From positions 11,581-75,580 of the forward strand of contig JAZDEG010000010.1 in the NCBI GenBank assembly GCA_043809085.1: a DNA stretch of 64,000 nt. The letters are read 5' to 3'. The stretch is from Pseudomonadota bacterium (GTDB lineage Bacteria > Desulfobacterota > Desulfobulbia > Desulfobulbales > SURF-16). The number at the start of each line of letters is the position of its first letter. Within the stretch, counting starts at the first letter, position 1. The notes below the pieces were generated by a model. It was not told where the DNA came from. It made no database searches and saw only the letters and a list, made by a program, of their open reading frames with translations. Shown here piece by piece: positions 48,510 through 58,492 of this stretch. Position numbers and translations under genes: made by a program.

Positions 48510-51500
48510 TTGAAAATGAATTCGATGAAATCATTAAAATACTGGAAAAGGTTTGAGTGTGAAGGGCTGGCGATTTTTGTTGATCCCCGGAAGCCCGACT
48601 GGTTTGTTCCGGATCATAAGGCCGATGCGCTCCTTTGCGGCAATGATTGCGAGGGGGAAAGGGATCTGCTTGCCAAGGCCCGGCTTTTTTCCTTTGCCGA
48701 GAGATCGTCGGCCGACGAATATACCGGCCGGAAAAACTCTCTCCAACTCTCTTTATTAAAAGAGTGCTGGTTCCATCTTACCAATGCTTGCAACCTCGCC
48801 TGCCGCCATTGTCTTTTCAGCGCCTCGCCTTCAGCAACCCATGAGGCCCTTGATCCCGGAGATCTTGAACGGGGCATCAGGGAAGCGCGTGCGCTGGGCT
48901 GCACCCTTTTTTATTTCACCGGCGGCGAACCCTTTGTCTATCCGGAATTTCCTGCCATTCTCCGCGGCCTGCTTGAAGATCCTGATGTGCATGCGGTGGT
49001 GTTGACCAACGGCCTGCTGCTGGAAAAGCACGGAGAGTTGTTCGCCAAGATCCCCAGGGAAAGGCTTCATCTGCAGGTCAGCCTCGACGGTCTGGAAAAA
49101 AATCATGACGCCCTGCGGGGTAAAGGGACTTTTGCCCGATTGGCGTCGGGTCTCGATTTTCTCCACCGGACAGGAATCCATGTCACCTTATCTGTTGCCG
49201 TCAATCAAAGCAATGTCAAGGAGCTTTCCGCTGTCACCGGTTTTGCCGCAGACAAGGGCATACGAAACATCCATTTTCTCTGGCATTTTGTCCGGGGCAA
49301 AGGGAGCCGTGACCAGTTCGTTCCTGCCGCGGAGATATGGACTCATCTGAGACCCGCTCTGGAGACTGCTGAAGCAGCAGGCATAACAGTGGATAATGTC
49401 GAGGCGTTAAGGGGGCAGGTTTTCGCCTCTCCCGGAACACGGCATGATCTCAGCAACAGCGGCTGGGAGTCTATTGCCGTGGGGCCTGACGGAGCGATTT
49501 ATCCTTCGCCTGCCCTGGTGGGTATTGACGATCTCCGCTGTGGTTTTCTAGGCGAGGGACTTGAAAACGTGTGGCGCCAAAGCCCAGTGCTTGAAGATGT
49601 GCGGCAGGCAACCCTGGCTGGCAGCGCTTATGAGAAGAATCCCCTCAAATTTCTCGTTGGCGGCGGGGATATTGATCACAGCTTTATCAGTGGCGGAAAT
49701 TTCGTCGGCCATGATCCTTATGTGGAATTATACAACAATATCGCCCTCTGGCTCATTGCCCGCCGGGCGAGGCGTTATCCCCACAGGGAAGATGGATCTA
49801 TCCTGCTGAAAATGGGCGATGTTCGCTCTGATTGCCCGGATGGAGGAAGCGACGTGTCGCTCACCCATTGCAACTGTGTGGTTTCCCTGGCCGATGACCG
49901 GGGTCATTCAACGGTGCGGGATTTTTACGGCCGTGCCGCTGTTGAGGCCAATGATGAGATTGTCAATCCATTTGCCGCAAAACAGGCGGAGGCCGAGTTT
50001 ATTCCGGCGGTTTCCCGGCAGAGGTCCTACGGTTGCGGCAGTCCCGTGCATGATGCCGGGCTTACGCAAGGCGAGGTGCTGGTTGATCTCGGCAGCGGCA
50101 GCGGCGTCGAATGTTTTCAGGCGGCTGAAATGGTGGGGGAATCCGGTCGTGTGTTCGGCATCGACATGACCGATGCCATGCTCTCGCTCGCCCGCTCGTC
50201 GCAAAAACAGGTGGCCGCGAATCTCGGCTATAATAATATTGAATTCAAAAAAGGCTTTCTCGAATCAATTCCCCTGGAAGACTGCTCGGCCGATGCGGTT
50301 ATCTCAAACTGCGTCATCAATTTAAGCCCGGACAAGCGGCAGACCCTGCATGAAGCCTTCCGCATTCTGAAGCCCGGCGGACGTCTGGTGGTTTCGGATA
50401 TCGTCACGGATGAACAGATTCCGGTGCGAATCAAAAATAATGAAAAACTGCGGGGAGAATGTCTGGGCGGGGCCATGCAGCAGGAGGATCTCATGGCCAT
50501 GCTGCGCGCAGCGGGATTCACCGCAATCAGACTGGTCAAGCGGTTTCCCTACCGACTGGTGGGCGACACCAGTTTTTATTCCTTGACCTTTATCGCCTAT
50601 AAGCCTGGCCCGGCTGAAGAGGTGGAGATTATATACCGGGGCCCATTCGGAGCGGTTTATACGGAAAGCGGGGTATTGCTGCTGAAAGGGAAAAAAATGC
50701 GGATTGCCGTAACCGATTTCGCCGGACTCGATGATTCCGTTTTTGTTGTCGACGGGCAGGGCGCGGTCGTCAATGTCAGCCAGACCGACGGTTGCTGCGG
50801 CCTGCCGCCGGAAAATTCCGCAGCGCCTGCCGTCTCCTGCTGCCCCACCACAACCGCGAAGGGTCGGCAGCACAGCGACTGTATGGTCTGCGGCAACGAG
50901 TTGCGCTATTTCACCAGGGAACGGAACGCCACATGCCACTACTGCGGCGAGCAGAAGGATGCCAACGCCACATGCCTGAACGGCCATTTCGTCTGTGACG
51001 GCTGCCATCAGGACAAGGGACTTGCGGTGATCAAGAAGATATGCACCGAATCAGCGGTTGAAGACATGATCACCCTGCTCAAAAAAATCAGATCGCACCC
51101 TGCCATCTCCATGCATGGACCGGAACATCACGCCATGGTTCCCGGCATTATTCTTTCCGCTTATCGGGCACGGGGCGGCAAGGTGGGGAAAGATGAAATC
51201 CGCACCGCAATAGAGCGGGGGAGCAGGGTACCCGGCGGAGTCTGCGGATTCTGGGGTGGTTGCGGGGCGGCAATCGGGGTTGGCATCGCCTTTTCCGTGA
51301 TCATTGAGGCAACGCCCCTGACCCCGGTAAAGCGCCAGAAAGCGCAGCAGACCACGGCGAAAATACTGGAAAAAATAGCTGGATTTCAGGCCGGGCGCTG
51401 TTGCCAGCGGGAGACGGTGATCGCACTTACAGAGGCGGCTCGCCTGTCGGGAGGTGTTCTGCAGGTATCTCTTTTGGCCGCTGACACCTTGCAATGCAGC

Positions 51501-51602
51501 CAGTATCCGATGAATCGCGAGTGTATCCGGAAAACCTGCCTGCTTTGGGAGAGCCGTGACAAAAACGCGGAGTCGGGGCAGCCTCTCGCCCTGGTGATCT
51601 GA
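48510..51602 (+). CDS. Tri-domain fusion protein: radical-SAM domain, ArsM-type SAM methyltransferase and C-terminal Cys-rich domain
   Basis: 1030 aa in one uninterrupted frame. CNLACRHC lies at nt 48789-48812. ArsM-like motifs are SYGCGSP, VLVDLGSGSGVE, ISNCVINL and GECLGGAM (nt ~49914-50580). The Cys-rich tail spans nt ~50879-51602. The track start is TTG 48510. ATG 48516 and ATG 48525 are alternatives. Confidence 0.75.
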   Translation: MKMNSMKSLKYWKRFECEGLAIFVDPRKPDWFVPDHKADALLCGNDCEGERDLLAKARLFSFAERSSADEYTGRKNSLQLSLLKECWFHLTNACNLACRHCLFSASPSATHEALDPGDLERGIREARALGCTLFYFTGGEPFVYPEFPAILRGLLEDPDVHAVVLTNGLLLEKHGELFAKIPRERLHLQVSLDGLEKNHDALRGKGTFARLASGLDFLHRTGIHVTLSVAVNQSNVKELSAVTGFAADKGIRNIHFLWHFVRGKGSRDQFVPAAEIWTHLRPALETAEAAGITVDNVEALRGQVFASPGTRHDLSNSGWESIAVGPDGAIYPSPALVGIDDLRCGFLGEGLENVWRQSPVLEDVRQATLAGSAYEKNPLKFLVGGGDIDHSFISGGNFVGHDPYVELYNNIALWLIARRARRYPHREDGSILLKMGDVRSDCPDGGSDVSLTHCNCVVSLADDRGHSTVRDFYGRAAVEANDEIVNPFAAKQAEAEFIPAVSRQRSYGCGSPVHDAGLTQGEVLVDLGSGSGVECFQAAEMVGESGRVFGIDMTDAMLSLARSSQKQVAANLGYNNIEFKKGFLESIPLEDCSADAVISNCVINLSPDKRQTLHEAFRILKPGGRLVVSDIVTDEQIPVRIKNNEKLRGECLGGAMQQEDLMAMLRAAGFTAIRLVKRFPYRLVGDTSFYSLTFIAYKPGPAEEVEIIYRGPFGAVYTESGVLLLKGKKMRIAVTDFAGLDDSVFVVDGQGAVVNVSQTDGCCGLPPENSAAPAVSCCPTTTAKGRQHSDCMVCGNELRYFTRERNATCHYCGEQKDANATCLNGHFVCDGCHQDKGLAVIKKICTESAVEDMITLLKKIRSHPAISMHGPEHHAMVPGIILSAYRARGGKVGKDEIRTAIERGSRVPGGVCGFWGGCGAAIGVGIAFSVIIEATPLTPVKRQKAQQTTAKILEKIAGFQAGRCCQRETVIALTEAARLSGGVLQVSLLAADTLQCSQYPMNRECIRKTCLLWESRDKNAESGQPLALVI

Positions 51603-51604
51603 TT

Positions 51605-52429
51605 ATGCCGGAACTGCCTGAGGTTGAAGTCATCCGCCAGGGTCTGCTGTCCCATGTGGTCGGCTGTTTCGTTGTCTCCATTACCTGTTCCGACAAAAAC
51701 CTGCGCCTGCCGCTGCCAAAGTCGGCGTTGCAGGAGTGGGTCAAAGGGCACAGGATCAACGGCATCATCCGGCGCGGGAAATATCTCCTTTTTTCCCTTG
51801 ATAACGGAGCGGGAATGATCGCTCATCTGGGCATGAGCGGGAAACTCGGGATTTTTCCAGCCGCAGTCCCTGCAGCTCTTCACGATCACGTTGTTTTCAG
51901 CTTTGATGACACCATGCAGATGCGATACAACGATACCCGGCGTTTCGGGTTTATCCAGGTGTTTCCTCCCGGGCGTCTCGAAAAATCCGACCCCTTTGCC
52001 AACCTTGGCCGAGAACCGCTCGGGGATGATTTTAACGGCGCCTATCTCAAGGAGATGGCGGGGAAACGTTTGCAGCCGGTGAAAAATTTTCTCCTGGACA
52101 GCCGCATGATTGCCGGCATCGGAAACATTTACGCCAATGAAATACTCTTTTACAGCGGAATACATCCGGCTACGCCGGTGGGCTCAATCAGCCGCAGAAA
52201 ATGGGATGCGGTAGCCGATGTCACCCGCACGGTATTGACCCGGGCCATTGCCTGCGGCGGCAGCACCATCAGCGATTTCGTCAACAGCTCAGGCAAAAAA
52301 GGCTACTTCCAGCTTGAATTGATGGTTTATGGACGAGTCGGGGAAAGGTGCAACCACTGTTCAACCGTTATCGGCAAACAGGTGATCGGCGGGAGGAGTA
52401 CTTTTTTCTGTCCTGTCTGCCAGAAATAG
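51605..52429 (+). CDS. mutM: Formamidopyrimidine-DNA glycosylase
   Basis: 274 aa. The N-terminus is MPELPEVE and the C-terminal zinc finger is CNHC...CPVCQ. Confidence 0.95.
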   Translation: MPELPEVEVIRQGLLSHVVGCFVVSITCSDKNLRLPLPKSALQEWVKGHRINGIIRRGKYLLFSLDNGAGMIAHLGMSGKLGIFPAAVPAALHDHVVFSFDDTMQMRYNDTRRFGFIQVFPPGRLEKSDPFANLGREPLGDDFNGAYLKEMAGKRLQPVKNFLLDSRMIAGIGNIYANEILFYSGIHPATPVGSISRRKWDAVADVTRTVLTRAIACGGSTISDFVNSSGKKGYFQLELMVYGRVGERCNHCSTVIGKQVIGGRSTFFCPVCQK

Positions 52430-52441
52430 GAGGGTTGTCCC

Positions 52442-53602
52442 TCAGACCCTGGAAAGGATGCCGGCCAGCAGAGATGCGGTTTGCTCCAGTTGGTCATCAC
52501 CAAGGTGATGAGTGATGGAAAAACGCAGTCGGGCTGTCCCTTCCGGAACGGTGGGCGGGCGGACGGCGGTGGCGAAAACTCCTTTTTCACGGAGTTGTGC
52601 CGCGATTTCCATCGCTTTCCCGCTGTCACCGATCAGTACTGGCATGATCTGCGAGGAGCCGATATTTTCAATGTTGTGAGCAGAGAGCGCCTTCCGGAAT
52701 CTTTCAACCTTGGCAAAGAGCCGACTTCGCAGCTGCGGCTGCTCCTGAACAATGCGCACCGCGGCAAGGGAAGCGCCGACGACAGCCGGGGGGAGTCCGG
52801 TGGAATAGATAAAACTACGGGCCCGGTTGACGAGAAAATCTATCATCTCCCTGGAGGCTGCCGCATACGCCCCGTAGCTTCCCAGTGCCTTTCCGAAGGT
52901 TCCCATGGCAAGATCAACATCCGCGGCCAATCCCTCCTCCTGAATGATTCCCCCGCCATTTACGCCATAAATCCCGGTGGCATGGGCCTCATCGATCATG
53001 AGCAGGCAATGGTACCTGTTTTTCAATGCCACCAGATCGGCCAGGGGACAACGGTCACCATCCATTGAATAAAGAGATTCCGCGACAATTAAAGCTTCCC
53101 CCGTACCCCGCTGCCGTCGGAGGAGATCTTCAAGGTGATTCATGTCATTGTGGTGAAAACGGACGACCTTTGCCCGGGAAAGCCGGCAACCGTCATAGAT
53201 ACTGGCATGGTTGAGCCGGTCGGAAAAAATGACGTCGTTTCGACCGGCCAGCGCAGGGATGATGCCGCAGTTGGCCAGATAGCCGCTGCCAAAGAGCAGC
53301 GCTGATTCGCGGCCCTTGAATTTAGCCACGTCCTCTTCCAGTTGATGGTACAGAACGAGGTCACCGCTCATCAGGCGGGAGGCTCCAGTGCCGCATCCAC
53401 CCTTTTCGAGAAAATCCCGGCTTTCCGACACCAGACACGGATGGGAGGAAAGGGCAAGATAATCGTTTGAAGAGAAATCAAGCAGAGGGAGATTTTCCTG
53501 TCCGGCAAGAAGGAGCCGGCCACCCCCTGTCCGGCGGACGGGAGTCAGCTTCCGGAGTTTGCCTTTTTTTTGCTGTTCCAGCAGCCAGTCTTTCCGGTCC
53601 AT
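52442..53602 (-). CDS. bioF: 8-amino-7-oxononanoate synthase
   Basis: Motifs FSSNDYLALS, DEAHATG and the PLP-Lys region GTFGKALG. I prefer ATG 53602 (MDRKDW...), which abuts the bioB stop, over the track start 53632, which overlaps bioB by 29 nt. Confidence 0.85.
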   Translation of the reverse strand: MDRKDWLLEQQKKGKLRKLTPVRRTGGGRLLLAGQENLPLLDFSSNDYLALSSHPCLVSESRDFLEKGGCGTGASRLMSGDLVLYHQLEEDVAKFKGRESALLFGSGYLANCGIIPALAGRNDVIFSDRLNHASIYDGCRLSRAKVVRFHHNDMNHLEDLLRRQRGTGEALIVAESLYSMDGDRCPLADLVALKNRYHCLLMIDEAHATGIYGVNGGGIIQEEGLAADVDLAMGTFGKALGSYGAYAAASREMIDFLVNRARSFIYSTGLPPAVVGASLAAVRIVQEQPQLRSRLFAKVERFRKALSAHNIENIGSSQIMPVLIGDSGKAMEIAAQLREKGVFATAVRPPTVPEGTARLRFSITHHLGDDQLEQTASLLAGILSRV

Positions 53603-53603
53603 T

Positions 53604-54521
53604 TCAGCCCCATAAACGGCGAACGGACTCAATGAAAAGACGATCTGCTTCCGGACTGCGCCCCCGCTGGGTGAGATAACCTCCCACCATCATCCCGTCC
53701 GCACCTGCCATGAAGGCGGCGCCGAGGAAGTCCCCCAAGGCCGACTCCCTTCCCGCAGCCAGCCTCAGGGGTATGTTTGGTAAAATCAAACGGAACAAGG
53801 CGATTGCCCGCAGAATTTCATTGATTGACAAGGGTTCTATTTTTTCCAGAGGTGTGCCGGGCAGGGGAATGAGAATGTTGAGCGGCACAGAATCCACCCC
53901 AAGCTCGGCAAGGGTAATCGCCATGGATATCCTGTCTTCCTCGTTTTCTCCCAACCCGATAATCCCGCCGGCACACACCTCCAGGCCTGCCTGCTGCGCG
54001 GCCCTGATGGTGTCGACCCGCTCAGCGAAGCTGTGGGTGGTCACCACATGGGCAAAAAATTCCTTCGAGGCCTCCAGATTATGATGGTAGCGGGAAAGTC
54101 CCGCCTCTTTCAACCGGCGAAAATCGTCAAGGCCGGCAATGCCAAGCGAGGCGCAGACATGGATGTCGAGCTGATCACGGATTGCCGCAATGGTTTCACA
54201 GACCCGGGACAGGAGAGCGGGGGTGACCCCCCGGCCGCTGGTTACGATGGAAAAATGGGTGGCGCCGTCTTCTTTTGCCTGGCGGGCGGCAGCGACTATT
54301 TCTTCGTTTTTTTTAAGGGGATACGTCGGGGTATCGGTCTGAAAATGGACTGACTGGGTGCAGAATCGGCAATCTTCACTGCAATGGCCGGATTTGGCGT
54401 TAATAATGGAACAGAGGGAAATTTTTTTCCCGCGATGCGCAAGTTTGACATCAAGGGCCCGTTGCATCAATTCCCGGCAGGAAAGAGAACGAAGCGCTTC
54501 TATGGCTGTTCTGCTGAGCAC
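53604..54521 (-). CDS. bioB: Biotin synthase
   Basis: 305 aa with radical-SAM motif CSEDCRFCTQS and YHHNLE. Confidence 0.9.
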   Translation of the reverse strand: MLSRTAIEALRSLSCRELMQRALDVKLAHRGKKISLCSIINAKSGHCSEDCRFCTQSVHFQTDTPTYPLKKNEEIVAAARQAKEDGATHFSIVTSGRGVTPALLSRVCETIAAIRDQLDIHVCASLGIAGLDDFRRLKEAGLSRYHHNLEASKEFFAHVVTTHSFAERVDTIRAAQQAGLEVCAGGIIGLGENEEDRISMAITLAELGVDSVPLNILIPLPGTPLEKIEPLSINEILRAIALFRLILPNIPLRLAAGRESALGDFLGAAFMAGADGMMVGGYLTQRGRSPEADRLFIESVRRLWG

Positions 54522-54523
54522 GG

Positions 54524-55852
54524 CTATCGTTTCCTTAATCCAAAAACTCCCCCCTTGGCGCTCTGCCGGGCAAAGGCCGGGCCTCGTTCTTTTCGTCGGG
54601 GGGCTCTTTTGGAGAAGCGTTCTTTTTTCTGCGGAGTCGGAATATGAAGATCAGCAGCAGTTTCCCCTCCGCATGCCTCCTGATAGAGGAGGAAAAATTG
54701 CAGGTTTTCCTTGAAGTAACTTTTTCTTTTGAGATAAGCCGGCCATTTTCCCGCTTCACCACTGGTGGCAAAGAGATTAAGTCGGGCCAGCAATGCGGCG
54801 ATCTGCTCCTTGAGCGCCCGTTTTATGTTGAGATGATCCAGGCGTTTTTCAAGCTCGTCCCGGATTTTACGGGACAGGGAATAGATCTCGCCGTTTTTGA
54901 GTTTGTCGCTCATTTCCGGGAAGTATTTTTTGGCCCACGGAATCAGGAAAAGTCCGAGGAGGAGTCCTTCCGGCAGCTGCTGGTCACTGGCATGCAGCCG
55001 GTCAATGACGGAAAATATCCGGAGAAGGAACGGGAGATTATCTGATCCTTTTTCCGTGATAACCTCTTCATAAAAAGGGAAAAGCACGTAAAAGAGGCCG
55101 CAGTCAACCATATGCTGCAGCCAGGAACTGCTTGAGCCGCCGCGCAGATCCTTCAACAGCTCGTCTCGAATACGGGAAACCGGACAGAGGAGGAGTTTTT
55201 CCTTATGACGGATAATGGCCTGCCATGTTGCTTCCTCAATCGTGAATCCGCTGCGGGCGGCATGGCGGACAGCGCGGAGCATACGGGCGGGGTCCCGGAT
55301 GATCCTTCTGTCAGGGTCACCGACAAAACGAATGATTCGTCGGTCGAGATCCGCAACTCCGCCGGTATAATCAATGATTGTTTCGTTTTTGATGTCGTAG
55401 AAGAGGGAATTGATCGTCAGATCTCGTCGAAAAGCGTCATCAGCTTCGCTTCCATAGGTGTTGTTGGCCGGCAGGACGTCAATTCCACCTTCGATATCGT
55501 ATTCACTCCGGCAGCGAAAAGTGGAAACTTCCATGATTTTGTTACCGGGGAAAAAAACCTGAACCAGCCGAAAACGCCGGCCGATGGTCCGACTGTTGCG
55601 GAACAGCTGCCGGATCTGTCCCGGCCGGGCGTCGGTGCTGATGTCAAAATCCTTTGGTGTTTTACCCAGATACAGATCCCGCACTCCGCCACCGACAAGA
55701 TAGGCGATATAGCCGGCCTCGTGTAGCCGATTGAGGACCTTCAAGGCATCGCGGTCGAGGTCTCGGGCGGTCAGGGAATGTTCAGTCTGTTCCACAATAA
55801 GCGGATCCGCTTCCTCACCGGGGACAATTGATTTCAGTGTGCTTTGCGTCAT
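54524..55852 (-). CDS. pcnB: Poly(A) polymerase / tRNA nucleotidyltransferase-family protein (PcnB-like)
   Basis: 442 aa with AYLVGGGVRDLYLGKTPKDFDIST, RRDLTINSLFYD and a basic C-terminal tail. Confidence 0.7.
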   Translation of the reverse strand: MTQSTLKSIVPGEEADPLIVEQTEHSLTARDLDRDALKVLNRLHEAGYIAYLVGGGVRDLYLGKTPKDFDISTDARPGQIRQLFRNSRTIGRRFRLVQVFFPGNKIMEVSTFRCRSEYDIEGGIDVLPANNTYGSEADDAFRRDLTINSLFYDIKNETIIDYTGGVADLDRRIIRFVGDPDRRIIRDPARMLRAVRHAARSGFTIEEATWQAIIRHKEKLLLCPVSRIRDELLKDLRGGSSSSWLQHMVDCGLFYVLFPFYEEVITEKGSDNLPFLLRIFSVIDRLHASDQQLPEGLLLGLFLIPWAKKYFPEMSDKLKNGEIYSLSRKIRDELEKRLDHLNIKRALKEQIAALLARLNLFATSGEAGKWPAYLKRKSYFKENLQFFLLYQEACGGETAADLHIPTPQKKERFSKRAPRRKERGPAFARQSAKGGVFGLRKR

Positions 55853-56001
55853 GTCTCTTTGAAAAAATATGCTGCGGAAGGGACGGGAATGATGCTTCTC
55901 ACGGAGAGTCTTTTCGTTTTGCCGGGGATGCGGCCCTTACCGGAACAACCGGGGTACGCTGTTCTGCCCCGCACGGCCTGCACGGATCGAATTTCATGAA
56001 A

Positions 56002-56967
56002 TTACGCTTCTTTGTAAACAGATTCGGCCTGGGAAACAAACTGATCAAAAACTTCTTTCACCGTTAATATGTCTTTCATTTTGTAGACATTTTCACCAGT
56101 AAAAAACAGTCCCTCTTCGTAATCACCATCATGGGCCCTCATAAGGCGGTCGCTGATACAGTAATGATGGTCGCATTTTTTCAGACACTTGTAAAGGCAT
56201 TCCTTGACCTTCAAGGTCTCCCCCTTGGCAAGTTTTTGAACAAAAGGGGTGTTGATTGCCCTGCCTGGAAGACCGACAGGTGACGAGGTGAGAACGACAT
56301 CCTCTTTTTGGGCGTTAAGCAGGGTCTGCTTAAATGTGTCTGAAACGGAACACTCCTTGGTCAGGACAAACCTTGTGGCGATCTGAACCGCGTCAGCGCC
56401 GTATTTGTCCATCATTTCACCCATTTCGTAACCGTTTATAATGCCACCTGCCGCGATGAGCGGAACTTTCTTTACAACTTTGCGGATTTCCGGAAAAAGA
56501 TCTCTTAATGCCACATCGGTCCCAAGGTGTCCGCCTGCCTCCTTGGCTTCGACAATGATTGCCGCAGCACCCATTTTTTCCGCCAGTTTGGCAAACGCCG
56601 CCGAAGAGACGATGCTGACGATTGGAGTATTGGTGTCACGGCCGATTTTGAAAATGTCCCTTGAAAATCCGGCGCCTGTGATAATCATGTCAACGCCGGC
56701 TTCAATGGATCCAATGACAAGATTATAGAAGTTTTTCATGGCAAACATGATGTTGACTGCAATAACACCTTTTGTCATGCTTTTGGCTTTGCGAATGTCG
56801 GCCTGAAGCTCTTCAACAGGAAGGGCTGAGCCGCCGATTGTGCCGATTCCACCGCACTCGGCTACTGGAACAGCAAGCGCCGAAGTTGAAACGCGAATAG
56901 ACATTCCTCCCTGAATGAGAGGTACTGGAGCTGTAAAATTGCCAATGGTCAGCGGTGGAAGTTTCAT
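56002..56967 (-). CDS. NMO/FabK-family FMN oxidoreductase (nitronate monooxygenase-like)
   Basis: 321 aa with PLIQGGMSIRVS...CGGIGTIGG and GGHLG. The C-terminal part carries an extra Cys motif CLYKCLKKCDHHYC. Confidence 0.65.
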   Translation of the reverse strand: MKLPPLTIGNFTAPVPLIQGGMSIRVSTSALAVPVAECGGIGTIGGSALPVEELQADIRKAKSMTKGVIAVNIMFAMKNFYNLVIGSIEAGVDMIITGAGFSRDIFKIGRDTNTPIVSIVSSAAFAKLAEKMGAAAIIVEAKEAGGHLGTDVALRDLFPEIRKVVKKVPLIAAGGIINGYEMGEMMDKYGADAVQIATRFVLTKECSVSDTFKQTLLNAQKEDVVLTSSPVGLPGRAINTPFVQKLAKGETLKVKECLYKCLKKCDHHYCISDRLMRAHDGDYEEGLFFTGENVYKMKDILTVKEVFDQFVSQAESVYKEA

Positions 56968-57268
56968 TTTGTAAAATTTAAAACCGTGTTATATGGAAAT
57001 AAGGAATAATGATATAGTTATTGATGGAGTCGTAAAAAATCGACTTTGTTGCGGGGCATTCTTGCATTTCTGCGGCATAGCCAACCGCGCCTTGTTTTAT
57101 CAGAATATGCACGCCTTGCCCATCCGGCGATTTTTCCTGCGCCATCGTTATTTCGACTTCTTGAGAGTCTTTCAGCTATTTGCTGAAACTAATGATCAAA
57201 AGCGACTATGCCGCTCTTGCCCGGATTTGTCAAGAGTTGGGTTACGGATGGTTCTCCGAATATGACAA

Positions 57269-57904
57269 TTGGCCATTTTGACTTGCTCATCTTTTTTCTG
57301 GTATGAAAATATGCGTCGATACAAGGGGATACGCCCTGACTTGATCGGTTTTGATATAGATTGCGTGGTTGCCGACGCCATGGAGGCTTTTATCCGGCTT
57401 TCCGCGGATGAGTATGGCATTGCCGTTCATCCTCATGAAATTACGTCTTTCCATGTTGAGTCGTGCCTGAACATGGATGAGCAGATTATAAATGAAATTT
57501 TTTCCCGCCTGCTCACGGATCCGGTTGAAAATGGATTGAAACCCGTGGAAAATGCTGTTGCGGTTCTGACCCGGTTGTCTCGTCACGCCCCGTTGACTTT
57601 CATCACCGCCCGTCCTCATGGAGAGCCCATTGACAACTGGCTGCGCAGTGTTTTACCGCCGGAAGCGTATGCGAATACTCGATTGGTCGCAATGGGAGAC
57701 CATGACGGCAAGGTGAAACATGTCAAACGGATGGGTCTGCAATATTTTGTCGATGATCGGGTTGAGACCTGTACGGAACTGGCGAAGTCCGGATTTTTCC
57801 CCGTTGTTTTCGATCAGCCGTGGAATCGAGGCAAGCACGAGTTTGCCTCGGTTGACACCTGGTTCGGTATCAAAGAAATGATTGATGTACATGAATATGT
57901 TTAA
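57269..57904 (+). CDS. HAD-superfamily hydrolase (5'(3')-deoxyribonucleotidase-like)
   Basis: 211 aa. The DxD nucleophile motif is [11 protein letters not shown] and motif II is TFITAR. ATG 57311 is an equally plausible start. Confidence 0.5.
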   Translation: MAILTCSSFFWYENMRRYKGIRPDLIGFDIDCVVADAMEAFIRLSADEYGIAVHPHEITSFHVESCLNMDEQIINEIFSRLLTDPVENGLKPVENAVAVLTRLSRHAPLTFITARPHGEPIDNWLRSVLPPEAYANTRLVAMGDHDGKVKHVKRMGLQYFVDDRVETCTELAKSGFFPVVFDQPWNRGKHEFASVDTWFGIKEMIDVHEYV

Positions 57905-58310
57905 CAAAAAAGCTTCTTCGCAATTCAAAAATCCATTGCCCACTGTTGATATCATTATTGAATCAGGGGGCGGCATTGTTCTCATCAGAAGGAAGAATCC
58001 CCCCCACGGGTGGGCCATACCCGGGGGATTTGTCGATTACGGAGAATCGCTTGAGTCCGCGGCCGTCCGGGAGGCCAAAGAAGAAACGGGCCTCGATGTT
58101 TCCCTTGTGCGCCAGATGCACAGCTATTCCGATCCATCCCGTGATCCTCGCTTTCACACCATATCCACTGTCTTTATCGCCCGGGCCGAAGGTGTTCCGC
58201 TTGCGGCGGACGACGCGGCGGAGGCCCGTATTTTCACCGCCGGCAATTTGCCTGATCTCGTTTTTGACCATGGTGACATACTCAAGGATTATTTCAACGG
58301 TGTTTTCTAG
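57882..58310 (+). CDS. NUDIX hydrolase
   Basis: 142 aa with the Nudix box [24 protein letters not shown]. It overlaps the upstream HAD gene by 23 nt. Confidence 0.85.
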   Translation: MMYMNMFNKKASSQFKNPLPTVDIIIESGGGIVLIRRKNPPHGWAIPGGFVDYGESLESAAVREAKEETGLDVSLVRQMHSYSDPSRDPRFHTISTVFIARAEGVPLAADDAAEARIFTAGNLPDLVFDHGDILKDYFNGVF

Positions 58311-58427
58311 ACGTTTTTCCGAGCCGCGATTTTCAGCATATCCGGTTCCTTGCCGATTTACTTTTTCACGTTTTTCCCGCCAGACCCCCTGATGTCCTAA
58401 AATTTTCGCAGATACTCATATTTAAAG

Positions 58428-58456
58428 TTGTCAATACACCTTGTCTTTGGTATAAA
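58428..58456 (+). promoter_or_regulatory. Sigma70-type promoter of rpsA
   Basis: TTGTCA (58428-58433), a 17-nt spacer, then TATAAA (58451-58456). An AAGGAGG Shine-Dalgarno lies at 58476-58482 and the ATG at 58493. Confidence 0.5.
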
Positions 58457-58492
58457 GTTTTTTTCTAAATTGGCTAAGGAGGATTAAGTTTA

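Noticed and set aside
56978-57145. 55-aa minus-strand ORF (MAQEKSPDGQGVHILIKQGAVGYAAEMQECPATKSIFYDSINNYIIIPYFHITRF) in the 300-bp spacer upstream of the NMO-family gene
   Set aside because: It has no Shine-Dalgarno and no recognisable motif, and its composition is unremarkable. The spacer probably just holds divergent promoters. It could be revisited with comparative or ribosome-profiling data.
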